Assembly: GCA_965215885.1 (NCBI GenBank)
Contig: CBDCEW010000082.1
Location: 24,728-88,727 of the forward strand
Source of the DNA: Candidatus Moanibacter sp.
GTDB taxonomy: Bacteria; Verrucomicrobiota; Verrucomicrobiia; Opitutales; UBA2987
Length of the DNA stretch: 64,000 nt
Direction of reading: 5' to 3'
Both the position numbers and the translations under genes were made by a program. The notes beneath the pieces were generated by a model, which saw nothing but the letters and a program-made list of their open reading frames with translations, had not been told where the DNA came from and made no database searches. Shown here one piece after another: positions 8,368-17,544 of the stretch. Each line of letters begins with the position of its first letter. Position 1 is the first letter of the stretch.

Positions 8368-10887
8368 TTACCCAAGTCGTGATAGCATTTCCCGTTGCCG
8401 CGAGAGCCGGCTTTCCCGCTCGTCGGCGAAGCGCTTGATGCCGTGAAATATTGATTCGGCATCGAGATTTGCCTCGGCGATGACATCCGCTTCGGTCCCG
8501 CCGGTCAACCATTGGTGATCCCAATCCGAAGTCATCGAATATTCGTCGGTGAGGGGCCCAACATCTTGAATCGGCCACACCCTGCGAGTACCGGAACTCA
8601 CGATCATGAGATCGTATCTCGCTTCCGTGGGGAGGACGGCATTGCGATATTCTTCCGGTTGGAGGGCAAAGAGCTCTTCGCTGACCGCGGCAACGATCTT
8701 TACATTTACGCCGGCCTCCTCCAGACGCGGCAAGACTCTTATCAGATTTACGGTAGAGTTCGAGCCCTGCACGACAATAGTGCCGTGTTTCGGTTTATCG
8801 GCATCGAAATCGCGAATGACATAGTGACCTTTGGCTGCGGCTTTCGGGTCCGAATCGGCGAAACCGGAGCGATCGGCTACCGGAAAATCGGGTCGCGCCA
8901 CTTCGATGATGATGACGCCGACCTTTGGATCCCGCGCCGCCACGTCAGCGGCCGCAAAATATCCGGAAGCCACATCATTGTAGTCCCAGAAACTCAAATG
9001 GATCGCCTGGCCGCGTGGAAAGAGTTTCCACACTTGAGGAGCAAAGATTCCGAAGTGGGTGCGGGCGTCGGCCGCTGTTTCAGGTCCGGAGTGTCCAGCT
9101 AGGATGTGTAGCACGCCCATACGGAAGCGGCTATCCTGGTTTTGCTGGCTCCAGACTCGCGCCGGGAGATACATTAGGGGAGTGAAGGCGCCGTAGGTGC
9201 CACTGAGGGCCCAAACGCCGGAAAACTTTCGAGGGTCAAGGGAAGCGCTCTGTCCTACCAGGCCAATGGCCGTCGAAGCGTTGCCGGCTTCCTCAATAGG
9301 CGCTTTGAATCGCGTACCGCACGGATTATTGTCCGGACTGTAGTGTCCCCAGAAAGAGCCTTTCTCCACATTTATGGAGTCGGAGAGATCGGCCGCGATA
9401 GTGATGAACCGGCTATCCGTAACATAATTCATCCATTTGATAATCTCCGAAATTGCGCGCCGGGTTCCCGCATTCTCCCCAGGTTTTTTATAGAGGCTTA
9501 TCGATATTTCCTTTTCTTCGTCCGAAACCGGGTTTCTTACCCTAACCGTCTGTGGTTCAATCGGTAAACTCTTCACAGTGAGTCTCTCATCTAGAAAGGG
9601 ATCCCCCGTGTTAACCAAACGCATCGGGAGATCATCGGGCACGGAATCACCGAGATCGACGAGACGGTCCGCCAACCAGTCGCCGAGGCTATTCTGCTCC
9701 AAAACCGACATGGCTATATCTATGTTAGTCTTGAATTGGATCAGACATTCGCGAGGATCCGCTACGGGCCCGTTTCGAATTCCTTCAAACTCGACTCCGA
9801 ATCGCTTCTCGAAAGTTTCGGCGAGCGCGACAAAGTATTCTGAGTTCATCTTGAGGGCGTAGGGGTGGCTCGGATAGCTGACCAGCTGATCACCGAATCC
9901 ATCGATCTTGCCATCCTGGGCGGTGGGCCAGTAGCCCTTCGTGGTTTGACCGATTACGATCATGGGGCGCCGGTCTTCCGGATCCCAATCTTCCATCGTC
10001 TTCAAGGCGGAAAGAATCTGGTCGTAATCGTTTCCGTTATCCAGGGAAAACACGTTCCATCCGTAAGAGGTCCACTGGTCAATAAGATCGTAGGCATCGT
10101 ACTTTTGGTCTATGACGCCGCCTATAAGGCTGTCATCGATGCCGGCATTGTTATAGGAAAGCAGAATACGAAGTCTCTTCCCCACCTGCTGTGCCAGCGC
10201 TTGGGTCTTCAACTCTTGCGCGTGTCCTTCGGTCATGGCAAATTCTCCCTCCAAAGCAAGCACTTTGAGGGAAGGATCGGCTCCGATGAAATCCCAGAAA
10301 GCTGCCTTACCCGCTGCCGTGGCCATACCGATTCCGGAGGGTCCGCCGTTGACATCGTTTGTTAAATCCGTCGTCTCCGCGTGACCGGCGAGGGAACGGA
10401 TGCCCCTGATTTTGGCTTGAGCGAAAAGGGAGTGGTCCTCCAAATCGTAGTCGCGGAGGAGCGTTTTCAAGGCACCAGCCCCTCGTCGAAATCCCATCGC
10501 ATCGATCGATAGCATTGCGATCTCGGGCGAGACGTGATAGCGGGAATCGCCGGTTGCGGCGTGTTTCCGAGCCAAGGCTTCGCCCATAATCATCCAAAGT
10601 GCGTAAGCGCTGGGAATATTGTGACCTCCCGCCAGCATGAATTTGTCACAGAAGGGATGTTTTGGTCGACGGTAGTCATAGCGAAGTCCCCCCAATTTCG
10701 GGCCGACAAGGTGCAAAGCCACATTATAGGGAGTGTAGGCGAGAGGACCTCCAAAGTGACCAGTCTGTGAGTAATTCCCCAATAGGACGAGTGTCATACA
10801 GGTCATAAACCCTATGTCTTCGATCTGTTCCCGATCGTAGGTTTCAGTACAGGGGGCGACAAGTGACAGTTGTGAATATTGTGTCAT
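8368..10887 (-). CDS. Divergent transketolase-family TPP-dependent enzyme (839 aa)
   Basis: Equivalents of transketolase motifs: TGHFGG, GGH, AGHAE, GPSGIG, NNAGID, TTKG, ADLSDS, HSGPETAADARTH. Confidence 0.75.
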   Translation of the reverse strand: MTQYSQLSLVAPCTETYDREQIEDIGFMTCMTLVLLGNYSQTGHFGGPLAYTPYNVALHLVGPKLGGLRYDYRRPKHPFCDKFMLAGGHNIPSAYALWMIMGEALARKHAATGDSRYHVSPEIAMLSIDAMGFRRGAGALKTLLRDYDLEDHSLFAQAKIRGIRSLAGHAETTDLTNDVNGGPSGIGMATAAGKAAFWDFIGADPSLKVLALEGEFAMTEGHAQELKTQALAQQVGKRLRILLSYNNAGIDDSLIGGVIDQKYDAYDLIDQWTSYGWNVFSLDNGNDYDQILSALKTMEDWDPEDRRPMIVIGQTTKGYWPTAQDGKIDGFGDQLVSYPSHPYALKMNSEYFVALAETFEKRFGVEFEGIRNGPVADPRECLIQFKTNIDIAMSVLEQNSLGDWLADRLVDLGDSVPDDLPMRLVNTGDPFLDERLTVKSLPIEPQTVRVRNPVSDEEKEISISLYKKPGENAGTRRAISEIIKWMNYVTDSRFITIAADLSDSINVEKGSFWGHYSPDNNPCGTRFKAPIEEAGNASTAIGLVGQSASLDPRKFSGVWALSGTYGAFTPLMYLPARVWSQQNQDSRFRMGVLHILAGHSGPETAADARTHFGIFAPQVWKLFPRGQAIHLSFWDYNDVASGYFAAADVAARDPKVGVIIIEVARPDFPVADRSGFADSDPKAAAKGHYVIRDFDADKPKHGTIVVQGSNSTVNLIRVLPRLEEAGVNVKIVAAVSEELFALQPEEYRNAVLPTEARYDLMIVSSGTRRVWPIQDVGPLTDEYSMTSDWDHQWLTGGTEADVIAEANLDAESIFHGIKRFADERESRLSRQREMLSRLG

Positions 10888-11018
10888 GTTCTCTTGGTTG
10901 AGGAATTCGAATTATGAGACTCGACCCGAAGGTGTTATCTCAGGCAATGGATCCTTGGCAGGGTTTGTAAAAATGCGAACGGAGGTCTCACCATTCAAGG
11001 CTAAAATTGGAGTGGGTC

Positions 11019-11114
11019 AGGAATCTGTCGGATTTAGCATTCCTAAGATCCCCCTGGTAAATATCTCATAGTGACGGATCGACATTCCGACCCAGATGAG
11101 ACCGACAGATTCCT
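11019..11114. mobile_element. 96-bp MITE-like element with perfect 13-bp TIRs (IS5-like ends)
   Basis: AGGAATCTGTCGG (11019-11031) and CCGACAGATTCCT (11102-11114), 2 nt from the permease stop codon. Confidence 0.5.
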
Positions 11115-11116
11115 TT

Positions 11117-12454
11117 CTAGCCCCCTTCCTCTCGCGGCAAAATCAGATTCAGTGTCGTGGCAGTGATACCCGCCACGGCAAGCCCCGACTGGAGCACGAT
11201 CTTTACTGAACTGAGTATCTGCTTCAGTATGACATATTCTCCTGAGATCCGGTCGATGCCGTCAAATGCCTCCGGTACGAGAGTCACTCCGAGCCCCAGT
11301 GCCAGTGTTATAGCGAGGATAAACTCATTTCTCGGGTTGAGACCATCGGAAGCGACGAGTTTAAAGCCGGCTACCGCCACAATAGCGAACATGACGATGG
11401 TGGCGCCGCCCAGGACGGGCTTCGGCATCACGCTGATGAGCGCGGCAAGTTTTGGAAACAGGCCAAGGAGAGCGAGCACCAAGGCGACAACAATTCCGGC
11501 GCGTCGGGATGCAACCCCCGTGAGACCGATCACACCATTGTTTTGAGAGAAGGTAGTGGTGGGCATGGCGTTAAAAAACCCTGACAAAACACTACCCATT
11601 CCATCTGCCAGTATTCCGCCCTGAAGCCTGCGAATGTAGACAGGACCCTTAACGGGCTCTTCCGAAACCGCCGAAGTTGCAGTCAGGTCGCCTATCGATT
11701 CGATTGTAGTTATGAAATAGCCCACCATCCAGGGAATCACATAGGCGAAGTTAAATTCGAGGCCATACTTGAGTGGGTGCGGGAGCGTTAGAAAACTCGC
11801 TTCCGTTACTGTCGAAAAATCGATGCGCCCGAACGCGGCAGCCAAGACGTAACCGACCACCAATCCAAATGCAATGGATACAGTTCTCAGGAAGCCCGGG
11901 CCAAATCTGTTTAGCGCAATGATTGTCGCCATTACTAAGAAGCCGAGGCCGACGTTTTCGAGACTTCCGAAGTCGTCAGCCCCAAATCCTCCGGCCATAT
12001 CAGTCATTCCCACTCGAATTAGACTGATGCCGATCAAGAGCACGACGGAACCGGTAACAACCGGTGGAAATAATCTCCGCACAATCCCGATGAATCGACT
12101 GAGTACCATCTCCACCGGAGAGCAGGCCATGGCCATTCCGAGTATCAGGGGAAAACCACCTGCCCTACCCGTCTCCATAGCCAAGGTCACAAAGGTAAAG
12201 CTTGTGCCCTGGACACTGAGCATACCCGACCCTATGGGTCCAAATCGGTTCACCTGCATGAAGGTCGTTACTCCCGAGGTGAAGAGCGCCATGCTCACGA
12301 AAAATGCCGTTTCCGCGTGATCGAGCCCCAGGACTCCACAAATGATAAGGGGCGGGGTAATGATGCCAACAAACATTGCCAGCACATGCTGCAAGCCGCA
12401 GATTATCGCTGTAAAAGGACCAATCTTCTCATCCAGGCGGTATAATCGAGACAT
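11117..12454 (-). CDS. NCS2/NAT-family nucleobase permease (xanthine/urate type)
   Basis: GLQH in TM1, IESIGD, NAT signature FSQNNGVIGLTGVASR, PVLGG. Confidence 0.92.
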   Translation of the reverse strand: MSRLYRLDEKIGPFTAIICGLQHVLAMFVGIITPPLIICGVLGLDHAETAFFVSMALFTSGVTTFMQVNRFGPIGSGMLSVQGTSFTFVTLAMETGRAGGFPLILGMAMACSPVEMVLSRFIGIVRRLFPPVVTGSVVLLIGISLIRVGMTDMAGGFGADDFGSLENVGLGFLVMATIIALNRFGPGFLRTVSIAFGLVVGYVLAAAFGRIDFSTVTEASFLTLPHPLKYGLEFNFAYVIPWMVGYFITTIESIGDLTATSAVSEEPVKGPVYIRRLQGGILADGMGSVLSGFFNAMPTTTFSQNNGVIGLTGVASRRAGIVVALVLALLGLFPKLAALISVMPKPVLGGATIVMFAIVAVAGFKLVASDGLNPRNEFILAITLALGLGVTLVPEAFDGIDRISGEYVILKQILSSVKIVLQSGLAVAGITATTLNLILPREEGG

Positions 12455-12634
12455 GATTTTCTTAGTCTTCTACGCCCTTTTCCAAGTGTCGCGCGACAGT
12501 TAGTTACAATCCCACAGTATTTCCGGGTCAAGCCCGAAAGGTGCTAAGATGGCGGGTCTTTCGTTCGCTCCGCTCTACATCAGAGTCTGCGACAAGCGCG
12601 CTTCCCATCCCGGCAAGCCGGGAAGTAAATATCT

Positions 12635-12697
12635 GTAGGAAGGCCAATTGTCAAAGACCCTGAGTCCCGGCCTGCAGGGATCGAAGGGCGGCCGAAA
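12635..12697. repeat. REP copy interrupted by nested palindromic sequence
   Basis: GTAGGAAGGCC[..]GCGGCCGAAA matches both halves of the REP at 4185-4209; the insert contains CCCTGAG-TCCCGGCCTGCAGGGA-TCGAAGGG. Confidence 0.4.
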
Positions 12698-12733
12698 TCA
12701 ACGGCGTCCAGTTTCGCCTTCACAGCAATAAAA

Positions 12734-12916
12734 CAGGGTCTGCCGCCTGGATTTCACGATGCCTAATGGGGATAACTTCCTGACCATACTTTGGCACGGC
12801 AATTTTACCCGCTCAGATGCGAGCAATTCTCCGCGCTCCAGATGGCGCCCTCAAGCCGAAAGACAGTTCTTGGTGAAGAGGGCAGTCGGTGAAGCGTGAA
12901 CAGGCAGCAGACCCTG
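12734..12916 (-). ncRNA. 183-nt rod-like structured RNA candidate, 6S RNA-like (alternative: MITE with CAGGG ends); strand uncertain
   Basis: Ends pair over 16 bp (CAGGGTCTGCTGCCTG / CAGGCGGCAGACCCTG), with nested TTCACG/CGTGAA, TGCC/GGCA and CTTC-ACCA/TGGT-cag-GAAG; size fits 6S. Confidence 0.45.
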
Positions 12917-12918
12917 AT

Positions 12919-12946
12919 AAAAAAGTATCCGCCTTCGAAAACGGAT
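12919..12946 (-). terminator. Intrinsic terminator of the ssb-like gene
   Basis: ATCCGTTT-TCGA-AGGCGGAT followed by ACTTTTTT, directly after the stop. Confidence 0.6.
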
Positions 12947-13293
12947 TACGCCTCTACCATAACCTTGCGATTGGTGTTGGGAGCGGATCCATATTCATCG
13001 GATTTGGGTTTGGGGCCCAGGAACTCCACGGATTGCCCTACCAGAACCAGGCGACTACGTCGCTCTCCCTCTTTATTCAACCAGGTATTCTGTTTCAGAA
13101 AACCACTTACAAGGACCTTCGAACCTTTTTGGAGGTAGTTCTGCAGATGATCCTGATTCCAGACTTCGACAGGAAGAAAAACGGTTCGATCTCCCTGACT
13201 GCTCGCCACAGTGAATTTACTCAGCGATTTGTCATTGATCGGCACGTTTTCGATGTCAGCGGTCAGATTTCCTGTGATGTGTGTGATATTCAT
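12946..13293 (-). CDS. ssb: Single-stranded DNA-binding protein paralogue (OB fold only, no acidic C-terminal tip)
   Basis: MN...ITGNLTAD, FTVA, VEVW, YLQKGSKVLVSG.L....W..KEGERRS. Confidence 0.85.
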   Translation of the reverse strand: MNITHITGNLTADIENVPINDKSLSKFTVASSQGDRTVFLPVEVWNQDHLQNYLQKGSKVLVSGFLKQNTWLNKEGERRSRLVLVGQSVEFLGPKPKSDEYGSAPNTNRKVMVEA

Positions 13294-13418
13294 GTTACAT
13301 ACTTTCTTTTACTATTCATACTCTAAGTGTAATTTTGTTTACTAATGGAAAAATGTTCACTATTTTTGGCAAATTGCAAGAATAAATTCGGATTTTTTCG
13401 GTTTAATGCCCTGGGCCT

Positions 13419-15587
13419 TCAGGAGGGTCTACCAGACTCCGTCTCCTGAAACTCGATAGCTTCGACATCGTTGTCGATAGAGAGTTCGTCTTCGGAAGAG
13501 TCCGAATCGGAATCATCTCTACTACTGTAGTAGTAATAGTTGCTAGTGTAGTAATTATAGTCTTCGTCTCCAGCTTCCGGCACTTGATTGAGAACCGTAC
13601 CGAGAATCCTGGCTTCCACATTTTCCAGAATCTGTTTCGCCCTCAGAGTCATACTCTGGGGATTACGGCGGTGTTGAACGATAAATATCACTCCATCGAC
13701 CTGACTTGCCAGTACTGAAGAATCGCTGATACCGATCACAGGGGGAGAATCCAGCAGAATTTTGTCGTACTGATGCCGTAGCTTTTCCAACAACGTACCC
13801 AATTTCCTGCCGTGTAGAATGCTCAGAGAAAAGTGGGAGCCCCCACCGCTTGGAAGCAAATAAAGGTTATCAAACCTGGTGGGCACAATATACTCCTCAA
13901 CCTCGTTCTGCCCAGTTAGAAGATCGATAAGACCTGGCTTACGTGGCTTCTCGAAGAGCTGGTGCTGGGAGGGACGCCGCAAGTCAGAATCAATTATGAG
14001 CACTTTCTGTCCTCCCAAAGCCATCACCACACCCAGATTATGCAATGTAGTCGATTTCCCTTCGCCGGGGCCCGCCGACTGTACGGCAAGGACATTTCCC
14101 CCTACGTCTTCGCGCGCAAGCTCCAAATTAGTCTGAATGACTCGGAACGGCTCCGTCTCAAAACTCCTGAAATTCCCTTCGTCGACGATTACAAGATTCT
14201 TCGTACCCACGCCCAAGACCGGCAACTGAAGCTTACGTTCCATATCGTCAACGGAGCGAAAGCTCGTGTCAAAAAACTCAACCAGAAATGCACAGCCGAC
14301 ACCGAGAACTATGCCCACCACAAATGAGAGTCCAACATTTATGATCCAATTGGGCTTGGCCGCCCTTAGAGGGGGCACCGCTTCGTTCAATACTTCGATT
14401 GTACGCTTGGGCACTTGAAAATCGATCTCCCGCTGACGAAGCGTAAGCCTGAAAGTCTTTAGAAGATTCTCCTCATCGCGCAATTTCTGCACTGCATCCT
14501 GGAACGGACGCATCCTGCTTTGCGCATCGAGGATCTGGTCGGCACGGGCCAGAACGAGTTGCTTCTCCAGTTCCTCCGTCCTCGCCTTGGCCTCAAGATA
14601 GGAGATTTTAAGCGATTCTTCGTAGCCTTCAAGCAGATCGGCAAGTTGCTCGCGAATCTTGTTGAGTGACTCCGTGGCCCCTATGAAATCGGGATGGGCT
14701 TCGCCAAACCTGCCTTTCAAACGTGCATAGTTCTGTTCCGCGACAAGGTAAGCCTGCATGAGATTCTGGATATTTGGATCAGGTATCAACTCCGAGTTCA
14801 CCATTTTGAATCGTTCCTCGGCTGGGATCGATTTGAAAAGTTCCCAACGTGTCTTTCGGGACATCGTATCCACCCTCAGAGCGATATGGGTGCGTTCCAA
14901 CTGCCTTAAATTGTCAATATCCAACTGAGTGGTCTCCGCATTGAGATCGACTCCCGCAATCTTCCACTTTTTGCGCAGGTTTTCGACCACATCCCTCTGC
15001 TGCGAAACAATCGTTTCCTGCAAATGGAGTTCCTCTTTCAAATTCTCGATCCCCTCCGTTTGCCCGGAGGTGGCAAAGGCGATTCTATCCTCGGCGTAGA
15101 TGCGCGCGATCTCGTTGGCAATGAGAGCGGCCAGATCGGGGTCCTCCTGAACCAGAACACCAATATCGATAAGGGAGGTGCCGGGTCTTGATTTCACATC
15201 GAGCATTCTCTTCAGCATATAATAATAAGTGTCCTCGAGGGATAAAAAGCCTCCCAGCTTTTCTTGGAGCAGCTTTTGCAAATCGAGACTCTCAATCACC
15301 TTCTTGAGGATCTTCTTACTCTGGATTATCTCGAATTGCTCCTGAATGAAATAGGGATCAAAACTCGCTGAAGTCTGGTGCTGAAAGACCGAGACTTCGC
15401 CTTCCGGCTTCTCTACCCGTATACCGGAAACAGCCATAAACCATTTCGGCATAAAATAGGTTACAGTTGCTGCTATCAGCACCGAAATTAGAACAAAGAC
15501 AAAGATAAGCGGCCAACGATTCTTAAGGATCTTAAGAAAATCGGTTAGTGTTACCCCTTCGGGAGATAACTTCTGGAAAGGTTCCAT
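13419..15587 (-). CDS. wzc: Polysaccharide co-polymerase / BY-kinase (Wzc/GumC family)
   Basis: Two TM segments around a coiled-coil region, Walker A GPGEGKST, IIDSDLRRP, LLDSPP, C-terminal Tyr cluster YNYYTSNYYYY. Confidence 0.9.
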   Translation of the reverse strand: MEPFQKLSPEGVTLTDFLKILKNRWPLIFVFVLISVLIAATVTYFMPKWFMAVSGIRVEKPEGEVSVFQHQTSASFDPYFIQEQFEIIQSKKILKKVIESLDLQKLLQEKLGGFLSLEDTYYYMLKRMLDVKSRPGTSLIDIGVLVQEDPDLAALIANEIARIYAEDRIAFATSGQTEGIENLKEELHLQETIVSQQRDVVENLRKKWKIAGVDLNAETTQLDIDNLRQLERTHIALRVDTMSRKTRWELFKSIPAEERFKMVNSELIPDPNIQNLMQAYLVAEQNYARLKGRFGEAHPDFIGATESLNKIREQLADLLEGYEESLKISYLEAKARTEELEKQLVLARADQILDAQSRMRPFQDAVQKLRDEENLLKTFRLTLRQREIDFQVPKRTIEVLNEAVPPLRAAKPNWIINVGLSFVVGIVLGVGCAFLVEFFDTSFRSVDDMERKLQLPVLGVGTKNLVIVDEGNFRSFETEPFRVIQTNLELAREDVGGNVLAVQSAGPGEGKSTTLHNLGVVMALGGQKVLIIDSDLRRPSQHQLFEKPRKPGLIDLLTGQNEVEEYIVPTRFDNLYLLPSGGGSHFSLSILHGRKLGTLLEKLRHQYDKILLDSPPVIGISDSSVLASQVDGVIFIVQHRRNPQSMTLRAKQILENVEARILGTVLNQVPEAGDEDYNYYTSNYYYYSSRDDSDSDSSEDELSIDNDVEAIEFQETESGRPS

Positions 15588-15689
15588 GACTGGGTTCCCT
15601 AAACGCCTACCCCGCGACTCGCAAAATAAACACGGGTTAATTTCTGAACCGTCCGGCTGGCTGTTACCCGATCGATATCAGCGGCCTAA

Positions 15690-15718
15690 GAGCGTGTCGG
15701 ATGCCGTCCGGCACGCTT
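15690..15718. repeat. 29-bp palindrome flanked by CTAA direct repeats (collapsed IS5-like MITE or terminator)
   Basis: CTAA-GAGCGTGTCGGA-TGCCG-TCCGGCACGCTT-CTAA; the second CTAA overlaps the stop codon of the barrel gene. Confidence 0.4.
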
Positions 15719-16901
15719 CTAAAGCCCAAAAGTGTAGCGAACTGTAAATCCGACACGGGAACGATCTTGCTGACGAAAGAAATCATCAGAATCGGTTTTA
15801 TCGTGGTCGAAACTCAAAATAAGTGACAACTGCTGGGTCGGCTGATAAGTCACTCCGATCCCGAGACGTAACGATTGGTCGGTGATATTCAAGGGAGCAG
15901 TCTGTGCCTGAAGCTCGGCATCATCAAAATAGATTGATCCGGAAATGAAGAGGGACGGTGAGATCGCGTGCTGCATATTTGCAAAAATCGAAAACGTCTT
16001 TTCATCCGTGAAAGTCAACGTGACTGATGTCTCACGGGTGTCATAAATGACTCCGAAAGAGGCAAACGAATCCGACAGATATTGATACAACACCGTAAAT
16101 TCGGCATAGAAATTTGTATTGCTGGTACCAATAGAACGATTACGATCCTGCACTCCGAACCGCCCATTGGTAAGAAATGTAGGACTGGGCTGATAATCCG
16201 CGCCGAAAAGGAAAAAACTTGAATCGCTGTCCTTGAGATTACCGTCGGCGTCGTAGCCTATATTCCTCATAACGATATTCAACAACCACTGAAGTATCCG
16301 GTAGGAGCTTCCAGCCCGCCTCTAAACCAAAAAGGTGGTCATTGCGGTCGAGCGACTCCGCGATACTTGCATCGTCATAAGAAAAGTTCGTATTGCGGTA
16401 TTTCGCCGTCAAGCTCAAGGCCTCGGTCACCTCGGCCCGAAAGCGAATATTGAAGATGTTTTGATTGAACGATTGGTTCGTTTGCAGCAACCCGTCGAGG
16501 AAAGACTCCGGATTGTCGATTATGGAAAAGGAATCGGAAATATCCAGGAAGGTGCTCGGGGAAAAAGTATGGGACAGTTTTCCGAGGAGCTCATGGTTGA
16601 ATAGGGTATCGTCCGACGGACGCTGTTCGTAAAAAAAGCCTCCCAGTTTGTAATGAGCAGTCAGGAAACTCTGCTCCGCGAGGGAGACATTGTATTTGAT
16701 CTGAGGTGAAACGGTAAACACCATGCTATCAATTTCATTATCCGGGGTACCCAGGATATTGGAATCGAAGTGCACTCCCCCTTCCACACTGACAGTCAAG
16801 GCACTTCCTGTTTCCTGGGAGGGAATCGGTGCATAGACTCCCCACGACGGCATTGGTAGAATGAGGAGAACCAGAGGTAGTAAGATAGACTTTCTATTCA
16901 T
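15719..16901 (-). pseudogene. Outer-membrane beta-barrel protein of the polysaccharide locus, frameshifted near 16262-16270
   Basis: Signal peptide MNRKSILLPLVLLIL.., alternating beta-strand pattern and terminal ..VRYTF; ..VVEYRY (ORF 16239-16919) joins RNIGYD.. (ORF 15719-16285) if one nt is removed. Confidence 0.75.
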
Positions 16902-16962
16902 AGGCCTGGGAACAAACACTGAGCGTGAGGCGATTTTTCAAACCAGGGGTCAACAACATAAT

Positions 16963-17544
16963 TCATCCTCCCTTCCAAGCCAATGGGTTGAGGAGCACAT
17001 ACATATCTAACATTAACTGCTGCACCACCTGAAGGGGAAAGAATCGCGGTATTTTACGTTCTTGCAATCCGCCATATACTACTCCCCAATAGCGGTTCTT
17101 CCGATACTTCTCGCCACTATCCAAATCGGCTCGAAGAAGCTGCGTAAAGTAAGGTTTATTGAGGACTTTCGGGGAGAGGAATAGAGCGCCTATATCCTGT
17201 CGTATCAACACTTTAACAAAATCCGGGTACTCTTCGGGCTGCGCCCATACAGCCTGCTGGGAATACCATGCCGTCCCCGCGGGAATATCCGACATGATTC
17301 CATACCCGGGGAAAAACTTCTCCGTCACCATCGTTCGTGTTCTCACGAGAACGGAAGGAACATAAGGAGGAAAAGTAAAGGGGACACGTCGCGGCTCCAG
17401 TAAATTGTGGGCCAACGGCATGCCGTGCAGCAAAAGCAGCACGATTATGCTGAGCGTAACTTCCCAGAAGGAACGCCGGCCGGTGCTCTCGAGCATAACA
17501 AGAAAAAACCCCGCCCCGAGAATAATAACCAATGGCGATAGATA
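16963..17544 (-). pseudogene. 3' part of an IS-interrupted membrane glycosyltransferase-like (GT-C/ArnT-like) gene
   Basis: Removing 17545-19467 restores the in-frame sequence ..MRIPMFYLSPLVIILG..; contains IMSDIPAGTAWY. Confidence 0.8.

Noticed and set aside
12455..12730. Purine or xanthine riboswitch upstream of the NCS2 permease
   Set aside because: Could not see the purine aptamer core (ATATGG..GTTTCTACC..CCGTAAA); hairpins are better explained as REP-like repeats. An Rfam scan would settle it.
12791..12808. Sigma54 promoter TTGGCACGGCAATTTT
   Set aside because: The -24 box is good but the -12 GC is missing, and it lies inside the rod-like element.
12734..12916. SRP RNA, RNase P RNA or tmRNA
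   Set aside because: Lacks the SRP CAGG..GGAA..AGCAG helix, the RNase P GAGGAAAGTCC motif and tRNA-like ends.
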